Shown: one piece after another, positions 1 through 13,742 of the stretch
Numbering within the stretch: position 1 is the first letter of the stretch
How the letters are laid out: each line of letters begins with the position of its first letter
Assembly: GCA_024704765.1 (NCBI GenBank)
Contig: JAKMXF010000099.1
Coordinates: 548,419-612,418 of the forward strand
DNA: 64,000 nt
DNA from: Oopsacas minuta
Taxonomy: Eukaryota; Animalia; Porifera
Reading direction: 5' to 3'
The notes under the pieces: model-generated
The model's database searches: none
What the model was told of the DNA's origin: nothing
What the model saw: the letters and a program-made list of their open reading frames with translations, nothing else
Made by a program: the position numbers and the translations under genes

Positions 1-59
1 GTGGTTATAAATAATTGTAATTTATTTGCTCTTAACTGAAGATACTGCTCTTTGTTCAG

Positions 60-713
60 TCCACTTTTAGAATCACCCTTTCGAAATATTCCCTTAAGAG
101 TCGTGATAGCCAGTAAAATTCACACATTTTGGTTTCTTAGACATTTATATGCTGCTGGACTAGATCATTATGCAATGAAGGAAGAAATAATCAAATCTGG
201 TGAATATCGCTCACCATGTTTTGGTTTCCAGATCACTTTAACTGCTCAATTATCATTCTAATTTTACCACTATCATTTTAATCTTCTACATCAGCAAGCT
301 ATCTCTTCAGGCATGTTGAAGCTTCTGTTTTTGTATCTTGCACTTGCGCATCAGTGTCAAAGTATTTACAAAAGTAAGTAGATTCATTAACTATGATACA
401 TTGCTCAACGTATTTGACTTCAGAATGTTTGGAAGGTATTATATGAGTTTTCAGCCTTTATAGCTCAGTTTCTTTTATGTCTCTTTCTACATTCATTCAT
501 ATCTGATCGTTTCGTTTCAAACCACCACCCATAAATTGTTTTGAACATATTCTAGATTATTTCGTAAGATTCTAACCCACACTTGAAAGTAGTCTCACCC
601 ATTTCTCTAACTGTTCTTTATTGTATAAAGTGAAAATGTGAAATGTAATGCCTTCGATTGCAAACATGACTCAAAACCAGCCCTGCAACCAAAAGCAGCA
701 CATTTTTTGGCAT
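60..713 (-). pseudogene. Degenerate THAP-domain P-element-superfamily (THAP9-like) transposase, N-terminal part
   Basis: Minus-strand translation gives MPK..CAAFGC..F..F.L..KEQLEKWV...SRICSKQF...LKTHIIPS (THAP C2CH-type layout), then RYSPDLIISSFIA..SSPAAYKCLRNQNV.ILL..TTLK, typical of P/THAP9 transposases. Multiple stops and frameshifts. Confidence 0.6.
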
Positions 714-818
714 CTCGAACCGAGTATGTTGTAGCTAGTAGGAATAGTTAATATTGTTAAGTAAGAATCCCAAATTTCTTTCAATGCCTCCCGAGGTATT
801 ATATGTATATTATTGTAA

Positions 819-1475
819 CCAGCGCTTCACTTGCTAGCTTAGGGCCTCAAGTTAGTTCAAGTATTAAACAAATATAATACTTATTGCTTTGGGTCACTAA
901 GCGACAGGACAAACTCGGCGCTTCGTGTCTCGGATTCATAATATAGCAGAAAGATTTACTATCAAGGGTCCATCCAAATTCTCTTGCAATTACCTTCTGT
1001 TGTAATACTGCAGCTCTTCCGTGGCTTTAGTTTAATAATCTGGACACTTCGTCTCTCGAATATTTTGAAATTCTCAAAATTTCAAAATATTCGAGAGACG
1101 AAGAGAAATTTGACTTTTTTGAACAGTCATGAGGACGTAATAATCCCATTATGACTTTGCATTTGGCCAAAATCATGACATCATAATATTCGTCATATTG
1201 AGGGCTACCTGTGGTTAAACTTTCAAGCTTCTACCATTATATATTGGCAGAGCAGTGGTTGATACTGTTTTTTTTTTTATCTAAAAGGTGACAATCACGT
1301 CATATTCTGTCATGTGTGAATTTTCGCCCAAGACTCAAACTTGTACGAATCATGTCCAAAATTCCTCTGTCTACCAAAAATTTACCCTAGGGTAATCCAG
1401 TTTCTTCAATCAATACTGGACATACAAATATATATATACATATATATATTGATTAATTGCTTTATATAATATTGA
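819..1475 (-). mobile_element. Non-autonomous Helitron, copy A
   Basis: Homologous along its length to 34542-35201 (shared ccatccaaatt, aaaatcatg, gtcatat..gtgtgaat, ccaagactc, ccagtttcttcaa.caat.ctggacatacaaa). Minus strand starts near TC and ends CTGG (fits CTRR) before T. Confidence 0.55.
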
Positions 1476-3750
1476 AGAAAATGTCTTATGCTACTAGATA
1501 TGAGCAACATAGAGTTAATAAATTACAATTTGTGATAGTTGATACACTGATAAGAATAAACCTAAGACTATAAGTTATACTAAGTCATATTTGTAACGCC
1601 TACTATCTCCGCCCTTCTACTGAGATTGTTCAGAATAATGTAATACGGTAATACAATGACCATATATGGAAGTTATTGAAACAATAACACTCGGAAGCCA
1701 TAGATATTTGAAACTTGATAATGGTGCGAATCGACTGCCCATATATGACTTCTTATTCAACTATAATACATTTCCCATGTCTAATGATAATCAGTTTCAA
1801 GTTCTAATTTACATATATGGAAAGGTGTGAAACCGCGAAACTCAAAAACCACAAACAATACAAGTATGCCAATATGGGCATTGAAATCCCCATACATGAA
1901 TTCCTAGTCAACAATAATATATTCAATACCAATAGAACTTATAGTCTTTAATTATAGAGACACCAATTTTACCAAACTGACCTAGCTTTAAAGAATCAAA
2001 ACGAGTTGAACATGAGCTACCGTCCAGGTAGTTTAGGAGTCCATGATCTAGCCCACTGCTCGTATTCAAGGAAATATGGGATGTATAATAAATGCTCCAT
2101 TTTTGAAACATTGGAGACCTAGGTTCTTGATCATTGCTCAAAGTGTTGCAATCTCATATGATCTGAACCATTTCTATACAAAATATGAAAAGTTTTCATG
2201 ATCAAATGCGCACGGAGAAGAAGTCAGCAGCCAGTAGCGATTGTGAATTACGAAATTGTCGTCCAGAATTGTGAAATATATGTGATGAACTAGCATAAAT
2301 GTTTTGAAATATTTTGCATATGTGTCAACTATAATATGTTATTTGACCGGCTGCTCATTATTCTTTCTATGTAATTTTTCTTCGGGATACTATTTAGGGT
2401 TGGTGGATTATGTTTTAAAATTAATATGTATTACTTCTTGTAATATTTGATTACAAAATTTGCTAATTTACGACTTGTTTTGTTGCTACTATTAACATGG
2501 CGTAATTGCATAATCAATCATTTCTCAGTCCATAGTTAGTAATACTCTTATCGTATATTTTTGCCAACTTTGATTCTCGACTCTCATTGTTTCAACTTTA
2601 TTTCAATTCCAACGTAAATTCATTTCAATTTCCGATATTACCTGATATCGATTGGGATTCATTTCTATTCTTCCCTTCAATTCAATAATTATTGTTTATC
2701 CTTCGAGTCCTTCAAACAACATTCCAAGGTACATAATATCACTAATTTGTATAAAACATTTTACGAAAAACCTTTGGTTAGCCCACCATACACGATGCTC
2801 AGGGGCGGCGCTAGCACTGCAGCCTCGGGGGTTGGCTGGTGTGTTGGGGGGCGAACCCCATAATCGTAATTATATATTTACAAATTCAGTACCAAAGTAT
2901 ATAATTTACTAACAAAACATAGTTTAATATTCGGTTTATTTACTTGTACTAGGGTCCTATAGTAGTATGCGGTGCGGTATCTCTGCGAAACGATTGATAA
3001 TAGTCTCCCTATCCAATGCGTATAGCATCTGCGCATTGACATTAAGGACTCCGATATCAGACAATCGGGTGTTACCCATCGTTGAGCGACATTACAATTC
3101 GTAACTTACAATTCATGATGTACTTACAGTTCATAACCTACAATTAGTGACATTACAATTCGTCAATCTGGTTTTCGAGTGATTAGTTTACGGATATGGG
3201 ATATTGAAAAAATTTTGAGAATCGAATGTTGCCACAATCATGACACATTCCTACATTGTTGGGGAAAAATACTGCTAACCAGAGTCTAGTGATCACAAGA
3301 GCGGCAGAAATCTTCATTGATTACTTAGATCTACAAAAAATTCTTTTAGATTTAAACTGAATGAGTTATAACTATTTTAATATCAATAAAATGTGTCCAA
3401 AAGTGTCACTTTTATGTATATGCAAGGCGTGAAGGTGTCACCTGGCTCTCTTATTTTACTTTTCCTTGTAGGCTTTGAATTATTCTACCAAGATCCAACT
3501 ATTTAACAATTTGGTGAATACATATTATGATTCCTTCAACATATCTATTGGCGCTGTAAACAAAGCAGGATTTTCAGGATTTGGTCCTTCTAACATCTTT
3601 ATCCAGAGTATGTTTGAGATATTCAATAGATTTTATTATATATTCTGAGGTATTTTGAATTGCCAATTCACAACATTCAGTCTTGACTCAACGATATTCT
3701 GTTTGCATTTTCGATGTCATGGAGCAACCAATTGGCATATCTCGGTTTCG

Positions 3751-4012
3751 CAGCCAAGATTAACCCCACCCATTTTAACCCGGGGTTAATTTGGATTTTG
3801 CCTAGGTTATACCCAGGGGGTGAAATTATGCTGGCCTAAATTACCCCCAGGGGTTAATCTAGGCTTGCTCATAATTTCCCGATAAGGTTGTACTATCCTA
3901 TCCTAGATTATACCCCCGAGTATGGAGTAGCTAGCTCAGAATATACTCAAATAATCTGGGCTAGGACAGATTATATCCAGAGTTAAGCTGGTTGGGGAGT
4001 TAATCTATGCTG
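3751..4012. mobile_element. Palindromic MITE with repeated AGATTAWMCCC subterminal motifs
   Basis: Left cagccaagattaacccc and right ggggagttaatctatgctg are imperfect inverted repeats. Internal copies of ggggttaat and attawacccc occur in both orientations. No clear TSD. Confidence 0.5.
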
Positions 4013-4257
4013 TTACACAGGTAAGAATTTGACTTGGTAGCTTCATGAAAATTCCATTGCATTGTTGGATGTATCAACAATTACAAATTGGAACAATTTG
4101 AAATAATGCCCCACCATAGACTTGTACCTGTCATTCTCTATTTTTACAAGTAAAATCGTCTTTTCACTGAGATTGTATACCCTTCTTGCAGGTTCAAAAC
4201 GGTTTATCTCCAAATATTCAGGAAACTGCTATGACAACGTATTTTCGGTTAGCCGAA

Positions 4258-5399
4258 CAGGGACGTCGCTACCGGGGCTATAGGGGGCAATGCCCCCTGG
4301 TAAAAATCCGTGCCCCGGGGCATCCCACCTGGTAAATTCGTGCCCTGGCCATCGAACCCCTTGGCTTAAATTGTGAAGTGGAAAATTTCGGCTCCCTTCG
4401 CTCGCATCCTACGCTCAATATTGTTTAATCTCACCCGTTAATACGGGATGTGGCGTGTATTGATCTACCGAACTAGGTAATATTTTCGAGTGTTTATACC
4501 TTGAGCAATTCAGTGTTTTCTCCAGGCCTTTTTGGTATACCGGGTCAGTATCCCTTCAGTTGTTAAAAAACTAGAATTGACTATCCAAGTTACATTATCA
4601 AGGATTATCGTTGGATTTTCCGGTAAATTCCTCCTTTGATATAATAATTATTGATAACTTCTCGTTATTTGGATAAAGATTTCTCTATTTAATCCTAAAA
4701 TATCACTTTGACATTGAGCTTTGGCTGGCGAATATTCCTCCAGACACATGACACATAAACCGATACGCCTTAACAAATTCCTGGGGAGGACCCTGAAATA
4801 CATCCATCTTATTCATATGCGCAAAGCCAATCGGAGAATACTCAAACCAAATGTGTATTACGCAGTTATGGGAAATTGTTTCTTGATTCAAACCTACTTG
4901 GACTGCCACGTGCTGACAAATGTAATTAAGGTAGTAGCATTATAGCTTATTGTCCAAGGGCTACGCCAGATCACGACTGGAAAACCTACAGCAAACCAGA
5001 CCCCCGCTGCAGTAGCGTCGTGCATATATGTCTGGCTGCCCCCAAATATTCTTCGAGCTACATATTACTCGAACAGAAACACAACTTTCTGGGGCAATTG
5101 CAGGCCAAACGTTATTTCTTTCAATTGTTTGGCTCTCGCACCTTACTGATTGTTTACAGCGCCCATAGGCTTTGAAATCTGGGGTTCACAAATTAAATCT
5201 TGTCGACAACCAGATTGAATTTGTGACCCCATATATCAAATCCACAGGACGCAACTGCCCCACTGGATGGTTCTACACAACTAAAATTTATTGATCCGCC
5301 ACTTGTCATGCTCTTGCTAAAATCGTGGAACACATTGCCCTTCGTCCTCCCCTTAGAAACTCTGTACCCCCCTAGGTAAAAATCCTGGCGACTTCCCTG
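4258..5399. mobile_element. Non-autonomous hAT element (~1.14 kb)
   Basis: TIRs CAGGGACGTCGC (4258) and GCGACTTCCCTG (to 5399). 8-bp flanks tagccgaa / cagccgaa match 7/8. Subterminal ggtaaaa(a)tcc motifs at both ends. Confidence 0.75.
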
Positions 5400-5898
5400 C
5401 AGCCGAATATTGTCGTTGACATCAATTTCTTATTTCTTATTGTTGTTTAGAGATATAGGGAATGATATTACAAAAAATCATGTTGGTACTCTAGTTATTT
5501 ATGCTATGTTACATTTTGATTATATATCTAATTACTATCGATGGCCATTGGCAATTACAATCGAAAGCATCAATTTGTTATTTTCTCAAAATATAGAGGG
5601 TATTGTGCAATTATGTCACAAACAATTTTGCACAATGATTCTATGAATGATAAGTTCATTTACAGAGCAGGATCCATCTTTAGGGTCGTGTGTTTCAAAA
5701 TTGGTGGCTATCTTAATTTGCCACTATTAGACACATATAAAAATATTAAATTGCATAACCATTGTCGTATACATCGTATAGGGGCATATAATAACCGTTT
5801 TCTACTATGATGTTCATATATCCGGTATAGAATGTTTTACTAACGAGTAGATTTCCATGGAGTAGAATAACAAAGATTCGTAATTCAAGTTGTTGTCC

Positions 5899-7683
5899 TT
5901 CTATCTCTTGGCTCAGATTATTGAAGCGTTTTTAGGGTATATCGGGGTTGTTGTATCCGGAAATACTATTAGTTTTGCCTAATTGGCTCTAGTTTTCTAG
6001 ATATCACGTAACCTTAAATTTTAAGGTAATACTACAAATGTATCTATTTGTATGTTTATATCAACATTTCCAACTATTTCTTCACTCTATTTCCAACATA
6101 TTGGAACCTTTTATGGATTCAAAGCGCATTAGACGCTGTTGCCTCAATGATCCTGATGTCTTTTGCTATATTTGGGATGAATATGTGGCAATGGAATATC
6201 GTTTAAATGTTAGAGATGTCACTAAAAAAGCTTATCAGACTTGTTTTGGCATAAAGTTAGGCGATCAAGATAAGTCATAGAATCCACACAAAGGGTGCAA
6301 ATATTGCACAGAAACTTCCGCCTATGTACCTAAGGAAAAGTCAAATCGATGAAGTTTAGGGTACCAATGGTTTGGCGAGAGCCCAAGAACCATCACGATG
6401 ACTGTTATTTCTGCATGGTTAACATGTCTGGATGGAACCGACAGAAAAAGAATTCATGGCAATGTCCTGACATAGATTCTGCAAGAGAGCCAATTCGAGA
6501 CTGCAGCAAAATTCAGGTGCCTGTTTTGCCGTCCTTACTTGATACTGCGTTTATTGAGGCAATTGATGAATCGTCGGACAGTCCTTACTGCAGCAATAGC
6601 TGTAATGAGTTGTTGCAGATAAGTAAGGCGGAGCATTTCATACAGGGGCAGCTCAACGACTTAGTGAGAGACTTAGGCTTGTCAAAAGATGCTTCAGAGA
6701 TCCTGGCTTCCCGTCTCAGTGAACACAATATTCACAGTGAAGTTAGGATAGCTTATTCCCGAAGCAGAGACGAAGAACTTATTCGGGATTATAGTGAAGA
6801 AAGTGATTTCGTGTTTTGTAATAACATCCCAGGACTTCTCTTGGCAATGGGACTGTCTCAATACAATCCGAATGAGTGGCGTTTATTTATCGACAGCCCT
6901 AAACGGAGTCTAGAGTGTGTGTTGCTGCATAATGGTACAAGTTTGCCTGTGTCTCGATCGGCCATTCAGTAACCTTGAAAGAGCACAACGCAACTGTAAT
7001 GATGGTTCTATAAAAGCTGTATTATGATGAACATAACTGGTTCGCGTGTGTGGACATGAAAATGGTCAATATTCTGTTAGGACAGCAAGGTGATTACACT
7101 AAATATCCATGCTTTCTTTGTTTGTGGGACAGCAGAGCGGATGAGGTGCACTGGAAAAAGAAGAACTCGCCAGTTCGTCAGAGGCTTGCCGTGGGGGAAA
7201 AGAATACCATTAACGAGCCACTAGTTAGCCGTGATCGTATCATCCTACCCCCACTACATATCAAGTTTGGACTGATGAAACAATTCGTAAAGGCATTGAA
7301 CAAAGATGGTACCTGTTTCAACTACCTCTGCTCAGTATATCGTGGTCTGAGTAGGGAAAACCTTAAGGCTGGAATTTTTGATGGGCCACAAATCAGAAAA
7401 CTGATAAAAGATGAAGATTTCGCCTCACACATGACTGGAGTTGAGGCTGCCACGTGGTATTCCTTTGTCGATGTTGTAAATGGATTTTTAGGCAACACCA
7501 AAGTGGCTAACTACCAGAATCTGGTTGAGGGCATGCTTAAGAACTTCCACAGTCTGGGAACCAGAATGAGCACAACACTTCACTGCCTCTATAGCCATTT
7601 AGAGAGATTCCCTGAAAATCTTGGTGATTTAAGCGAAGAACAGGGCGAGCGATTCCACCAAGACATCAGGACTATGGAGGAAC
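5899..7683 (+). pseudogene. Chapaev3 (CMC) transposase internal fragment lacking both termini; apparently identical to 30157-31941
   Basis: Motifs CCLNDPDVFCYI, LGDQDKS, PMVWREPKNHHDDCYFC, LNDLVRDLGLSK, WRLFIDS, YTKYPCFLCLWDSRA, PPLHIKFGLMKQFVKAL, EEQGERFHQDI. ORFs match the second copy at a constant offset of 24258. Confidence 0.85.
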
Positions 7684-9479
7684 AGTTCAAGTGGTCCCTT
7701 GTCATATTTTGGATATTTTTATCTAGTAACGCACGAATGTACCAACATTCCATCTCAAACCTTTTTCAACCGCATCTAATGACCCTAGATCGACGCCGCT
7801 AGGCTCACTTATTCTAGTTATGCACATGTCAACATTTGATGATATCATATATCCCAATTTTAACCTGCCTCTTCATTTTTGCTTCTTCATATTTTTTGCA
7901 TATCTTTCTGAAATATGTCATTGTATTTTTATGGAAGCAATGTGGTTATACTTACACCGATTTGTTTTCCAAATTCGGTTGGGAAAATATGTGACTTCAT
8001 AATGTCAAAAAGGCGCTAGACTCTCTTTCTGGGGCGGGATTGTTAAAATATGGTCAAATGTTGTGTTCCTATCTATACGATACGAAAGAACTACTAAGGC
8101 AGTAATCGGTTATAGTTCAGTAATTTCCAATATTGCTGTGTCATCACGCAGTCATTTTGAGCCTTTTAGACAGCATTTTGCCCTGTTTCCAAAGCTAACA
8201 GATACAATCTAGCCAGGCCCTCCCCATTTTCAACCTGAGAGAGTTCAGCCCTCTTAGAATGATAACAAATTGATTCTCAAAATCTAGATTATTCGTAACA
8301 CCTTGCTCATAGCAAATGTATTCGAAAATATTCTGGATGATTAACAATTCAGAAATCTTTCATCGAAATATACGAATTTTGTAATTTTGTAACAAAAAAG
8401 CATTTTATTTCTCTAGAAATGCTAGTAAGGTGCCAAATATGAATTTAATTCAAATTCACTGCAAACAGTATTCTAATTTCAAAAACTGAGAAAACTTGCG
8501 AAAAGCCTGTATTTCCCAGTTTTGGAAAATTCATTCTATCATTGGCCCCAGTTTCTTAACAAATAGCAACATGGAATTTCTAATAATAGTCTAACGTCAG
8601 ATTATTATTTTGGAAATTTCTACTGAAATTTAAGAAGAATATGTCCCAATTTACGGGGTTTTGGGTTAAAATCAGGCCTATTCCATTTGAAATTTGTTTT
8701 AAAATACATCGCAGAAACTCATCCCTACATTTTATATTACTCGAATACGTTTGGGAAATCGTGTGATTTTATCACCTCATAAACTTGCTTCAATCTCCTT
8801 TTTTGTGTAGGAATTGTTAGAATAAAGTAGTATATCTTTAGTTTACCTTTTCCTTACGAACTTAAGACTTAGGACTTAATCTACTAACATGTAGTTATGT
8901 TCAGGCATATGAACAAGTTATTTATTTGTGTTGATTAGGAAATCTTCAGTTTGAATAACCTAGTTGCAACGCCGTAATTATCCTCTCAGAATATATTTCG
9001 TAGAGATGTCTATCCTCTCAACTCTATCAACTGGGAATACTGTACATAGCGTCAAACTATTCTTTGTGTTTCTCTGTCCACATACTCAAATATACGGACT
9101 TTCAACTTCGTTTTACACTGGATTAACGTAAGCTGAGAACAGTATAGTATCATTCTAGATATCCCGTAATCCGCCAATGCAGACACTCAAGATGTATTAT
9201 TGTCGTGTAGGCAGTCATATTCTGGGAGTCCAATGATCATATTGGTTTCCTGCAAATATTTATGAAATCTCATTTATGCGAGATTGACAAATTTCTTTAA
9301 TGCTAATATTGTCAAAATATCACTATCGGTTAGCTTTGGAAACAAGAAATAGATTATTAGCATATGGGAAGACATATCCTTGAATAACATGGTTTTACTT
9401 AATTTATTTTTGGAATGTAGGTGGTTTTTGACACTTTTCCATATATGGTAATATCAATATTGTATCGACATCAGTTCAC

Positions 9480-9800
9480 ACATGTGAAATGCACATCTTA
9501 AAATGGCCATGAATGGCCATATCTGAAAGCTGTTATCTGTTACAATATTCATAGTTCCCAGTATTCAGAACCTTGATGATAACCATTCCCACAATATATA
9601 TTTCTGCCAACATTTATATGGCGTTGTCACTAAAAAATTCAAACTGGACTTTTTATGATCAACACAATATAAATTTGTTGGCCATTTAACTTGTATACTA
9701 ATTATATACTTGTAAATATTTCCTATATACCGTACGATGACACGATGTTTTTTGTAAGGAATATGCAAAATACATGCCACAAAATGATGAAGTTATCATA
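9480..9800 (-). pseudogene. Possible very degenerate Sola-like transposase fragment
   Basis: Across broken frames: HVFCIFL..N...Y...E, FSDN, and F.YGHSWPF.DVHF, resembling the Sola SDNC..QNKN and GHS...CD..F motifs. Weak. Confidence 0.25.
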
Positions 9801-12053
9801 ATATCGCAGTAGAGGGGATCCCGTTTATGATCATGCATCTTAGTATATTAACCAGCTTTATATAATATAAGGTTGCGACCCAAAACCATTTTTGTTAATT
9901 CTTGTACGATGAAACTCACTTATTGTACTCCCGGATATTCTCTTAAAATGTGGTAGATTTGGTATCCTTCCTGGATAATATCGTGTAATCTGCGGTTCCC
10001 CATATAGGGTGCATTAACGCTCTGGTGGTTCACTGACAAGATCAGGGTTCACAAGATCTATTCCAGAACACTGGAGGAGTATGCTGGTTCTGGTAATATT
10101 GGTATAAGGAGTCCTTGAGTTAAATAATTTGGAAACCGCTGATGTAATTGAACGTGAATTCATGTTTCGGGGCAAATTGTTAAATATTTTCGATGGAAAC
10201 TTGTGGAAATGTTCTGTACACCAACGAAGAGTCTAACAAACTCGCTTGGTTATACTAGTTGTGTCTACATGTGTTCACATTTAGTAATGAAGAAGTAAAT
10301 AGTACGTACCTACATACTACGCATTCGTATTCGATTCCCAGATTATCCTTGATAATGTCACATTCGCACGAAAAGAATGACATTAAGCTGGAAACTTACT
10401 ACCCGGATTATGTAATAACCTAGATAATGTCGCTGAACACTCATGCACTAGAGATATATTATTCAGCGGGATCCAATGTTTATGATGATATCTAGTGTCT
10501 ACATACGTATGTATACCCAGAGTCAATAGGATAGTATGTATAGCTTGTAAAATGACCACAGTTCCAATTCTGATTACTAATGATGCACACTAACACTATA
10601 GTTCGATAATACACTCAATCTATGTATGATCACATTCATACTGAAAATGTTAACCAATTTAAGCAATTTTTTCTTCACTTGCGGACCACAGGGTGCCGAA
10701 ATACTGCATTATTAAATTATTGCATTCCATTAAACTTTTAAAACTATAATTGGGAGAGGTATAGCTGTATTTGGAATATCTTAGTGTAGCATATATGCTA
10801 TAGAGTATATACCAAAGGGCCTAGAATACTTCGTTGACCAGGTTCTCAGAATTTCTCAGGACGGCCCTGATCGTATTAGCAATAACTGTCTTCGCGTATA
10901 TTTTTACAAATTCGGAGACTATTCAGTTAGTTCAACCTAATACTACTGAATATCTGTTTTGAGCAACAGAATTCCGAATACTTAACTATCCGCCAAATGA
11001 ACTATTCTGTTGCAACCTTTGGTAATATTGATTACTTATATTCAGATATTTAAAAAATGAATACTTGTATCAAACAATACATTGCACGGAAGTGTCACGT
11101 ACGCAAATGTGTTTGATCCGTTTGTTGTTCTCACTTGAGTCTAACTTTGTATTCATCCCTAAAGTTTCAGTTGATAATTTTGAAATATCATTTGGGATAA
11201 TCGACAATTTGTTTGCTATTATACAGCGGAAGCCGAGTATTCGGAATATCTCGGGAGTCAATGTTTTGTCCCAATTATGATTTATTTGAGTATTCAAAAC
11301 TAGTTTTCATGGTCTCATAGCCACAAATATCTTATTACACTACTATTAAATCCTGATTGATATAGATTAGTAGAGATATGTCTTTGAAGTAAGGGTATAG
11401 TCTCACTTGAGAGGTCATAAAATGCTTTGCGATATTTAAGTAGAAAGTAAGTAATTATATTTTAAATAATAATGAATGTGCTTATTACTGCAACCTCAAT
11501 TATCCGTACCCCATGGGACTATGCAAAAGTGTGGATAACCAACAGTCTGGCCATTATTGAGGTAGTATATACATCGTGGAATAGGCAATGGCACCTTGGG
11601 CGAGTGAGCAAAGTTAATAATCTTAGTTTTGTAGATGGCAATTGAATTGGTGTTGTATTGTTATGGTTAAGGATAATATTAAAATTCCTTGTTTAAAAAC
11701 AAACCATCTTACGATGATACGGAATAAATAGTCTTTAATTAGTATAGAAATCCCAGTAAGCGAATATAATTTTCAAATTCGGTTAATCGGGATACAAAAT
11801 CCTGATTAACCGATTCGATGTGTCAATTATCCAACGATTTTTGTTTGTAAAAGATCTGTTCCCAAAACATTGTGCCGTTTAGGGAGATATCCAGATTATT
11901 TGTCTCCCGATTAATCAGTTTCCACTGTATAACAGTATGTATCTATTGTACACTAGTAATACCCGAATTAACCATTATGAGGACTATTTATCATACAAAT
12001 TGCACCATAATTGATATGATGATTATTAGAAGATTGTCTAGAATTGATTATGA

Positions 12054-12120
12054 CTAGCTTGCTTCGCTTGAGACATGCAGTCGTGTACTAGCTCTTCGTT
12101 CCTCAGATTTAACTTTGAGA
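12054..12120 (-). mobile_element. Helitron 3-prime end fragment
   Basis: actagcttgcttcgcttg resembles the CTAG terminus of the element at 34542 (actagcgcgcttcgctt). Confidence 0.35.
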
Positions 12121-13631
12121 TACATTGGCGAATATTTTGTACTTCTGGTCGCTATGCGGCTGAATAAAATCAGCAGTACATTCGGGAAAACATTCTTATC
12201 CATGGTCCATCCAAGTTTCATTTAATTACTTTCGTGGTGACCATGGGCTGCTACCGATCTTTGGGTATTCATCTTGCTACTTCTTGCTCGATTATAGAGA
12301 AATTTGAGTATTTTTCCAATTGGAAAAATAATGGCTGAGCGTTTGCAAATATAGGATTTTCGGACTCCAAAGGTCACTTTCATGTCATATTTCCCTTTTA
12401 GGTTTGAATTTTGTCTAAAACTCGAAATTACCGAGCCAGGCCTACAATACCCTCGTATACTGGGTCTTCCCGTTTCTTCAATCAATCTGGAGATAAACAT
12501 ATGAATAATGCCATCTTCTCTATATTGGGAGAAACTCACCTTATTGAATTGAAACTTCGGGACCTATTTTCTTTTGATCTTTGCAAATTCTGTGAAACTA
12601 TGTAGATGCAACAATTTCTTTAAACCTCTACAATTAACTTGAGTTTATTCTTCTGATGCTAAATTGTTGAATTGGTGCGAAAATACTATTATTGGCAGTA
12701 TCTAGTAATTAAGTAACCCTAACTACATTGGCCGAAAAAATAGAAATTATGATTAATCTTTCCAATTTTTATTGACCCATAGATATTTTATCAGACCAGG
12801 TACCTTTGCTTACTTAATAGTTACATTTACAGATATGCTATGGATAAAATTGTATAACTTTATCAAAGATTCTATCTATGGAACTACGATTTTCACTCTG
12901 CCTACTTAAAGTATGCCAATATTTGATGTTTTTGTCTTTTGTATCAAGTGTTTCTTTGTTTAATGTTTGCACATATGTGAAGGTTTCATACACTCAGTAG
13001 AGAACACTTGATTAGACTAAGAAAAGAACTTGGCATGTTCGCTTCTGAGGTTGCATTCCAAGTAGTTGTAGTTTGTCCTGATGTTATGTCGGCCAAAGTG
13101 TAAATGCACCAAAATCTAACTCTGTCGAGTCTCCAACACCATCTCCACGTTGTGCTACCGTCCCCAAATTAGAATTATTGTCAGCGTCTCAAATTGGATT
13201 TCCTTTTCCTAATTAGTATCTTTAATACCAACAGCTTCTCATAGTTAATTTTCGCATTGCGATAGCCTCTCCGATGTCAAATAATTCCAAAAATACTGTC
13301 CTGGACCGAAATTAGTTGCAAAAACATAATTTCTTCTACCCTGGATTAATGCAACATTGAGTCGGCCTCTTAACAACTTCTCTTTTGAACTGACCGCCAC
13401 TCTTACTTTTCCCGATGGTAATATCGATAACTTATCTAAGTAATCTATGTATATTTTTATTATTATTTATTTGAAGATTTTAGCTTGTAATGACGCAACT
13501 ATCCTAAGAGGCATCTTAAAGGCGTCTAAAGGGGTGCATGGCCATTGGAATAATTGCACTATAACCAGTCCAAGCCTAGATTATTCTTTGTAAAATCATT
13601 TGTGTGTGTTTTACTTTTATTTTACTTTTAG

Positions 13632-13742
13632 GAGATCGTGACCCTGGCCCTGTACAAAACCTTCGGTATACTATTACCGAGAATGAAAGTTATCCTGATG
13701 AATATACTGTATTATTAGAATGGGATATACCAGACTACAATT
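13632..13742 (+). CDS. Host exon: N-terminal half of a fibronectin type III repeat
   Basis: Acceptor ttttactttTAG, donor GTGAGT at 13743, 111 bp, phase 1-1. Peptide DRDPGPVQNLRYTITENESYPDEYTVLLEWDIPDYN fits the FN3 P-P-NL...L.W..P pattern. Confidence 0.7.

Noticed and set aside
1923-2141. Possible Mutator-like motif (YFLEYEQWAR..STRFDS)
   Set aside because: Too short and split across frames; no long TIRs or 9-bp TSD found.
3090-3165. Short tandem repeats (ttacaattc units) that might suggest a CRISPR-like array
   Set aside because: Units are about 15 bp, degenerate and lack unique spacers; they look like MITE subterminal repeats in eukaryotic DNA.
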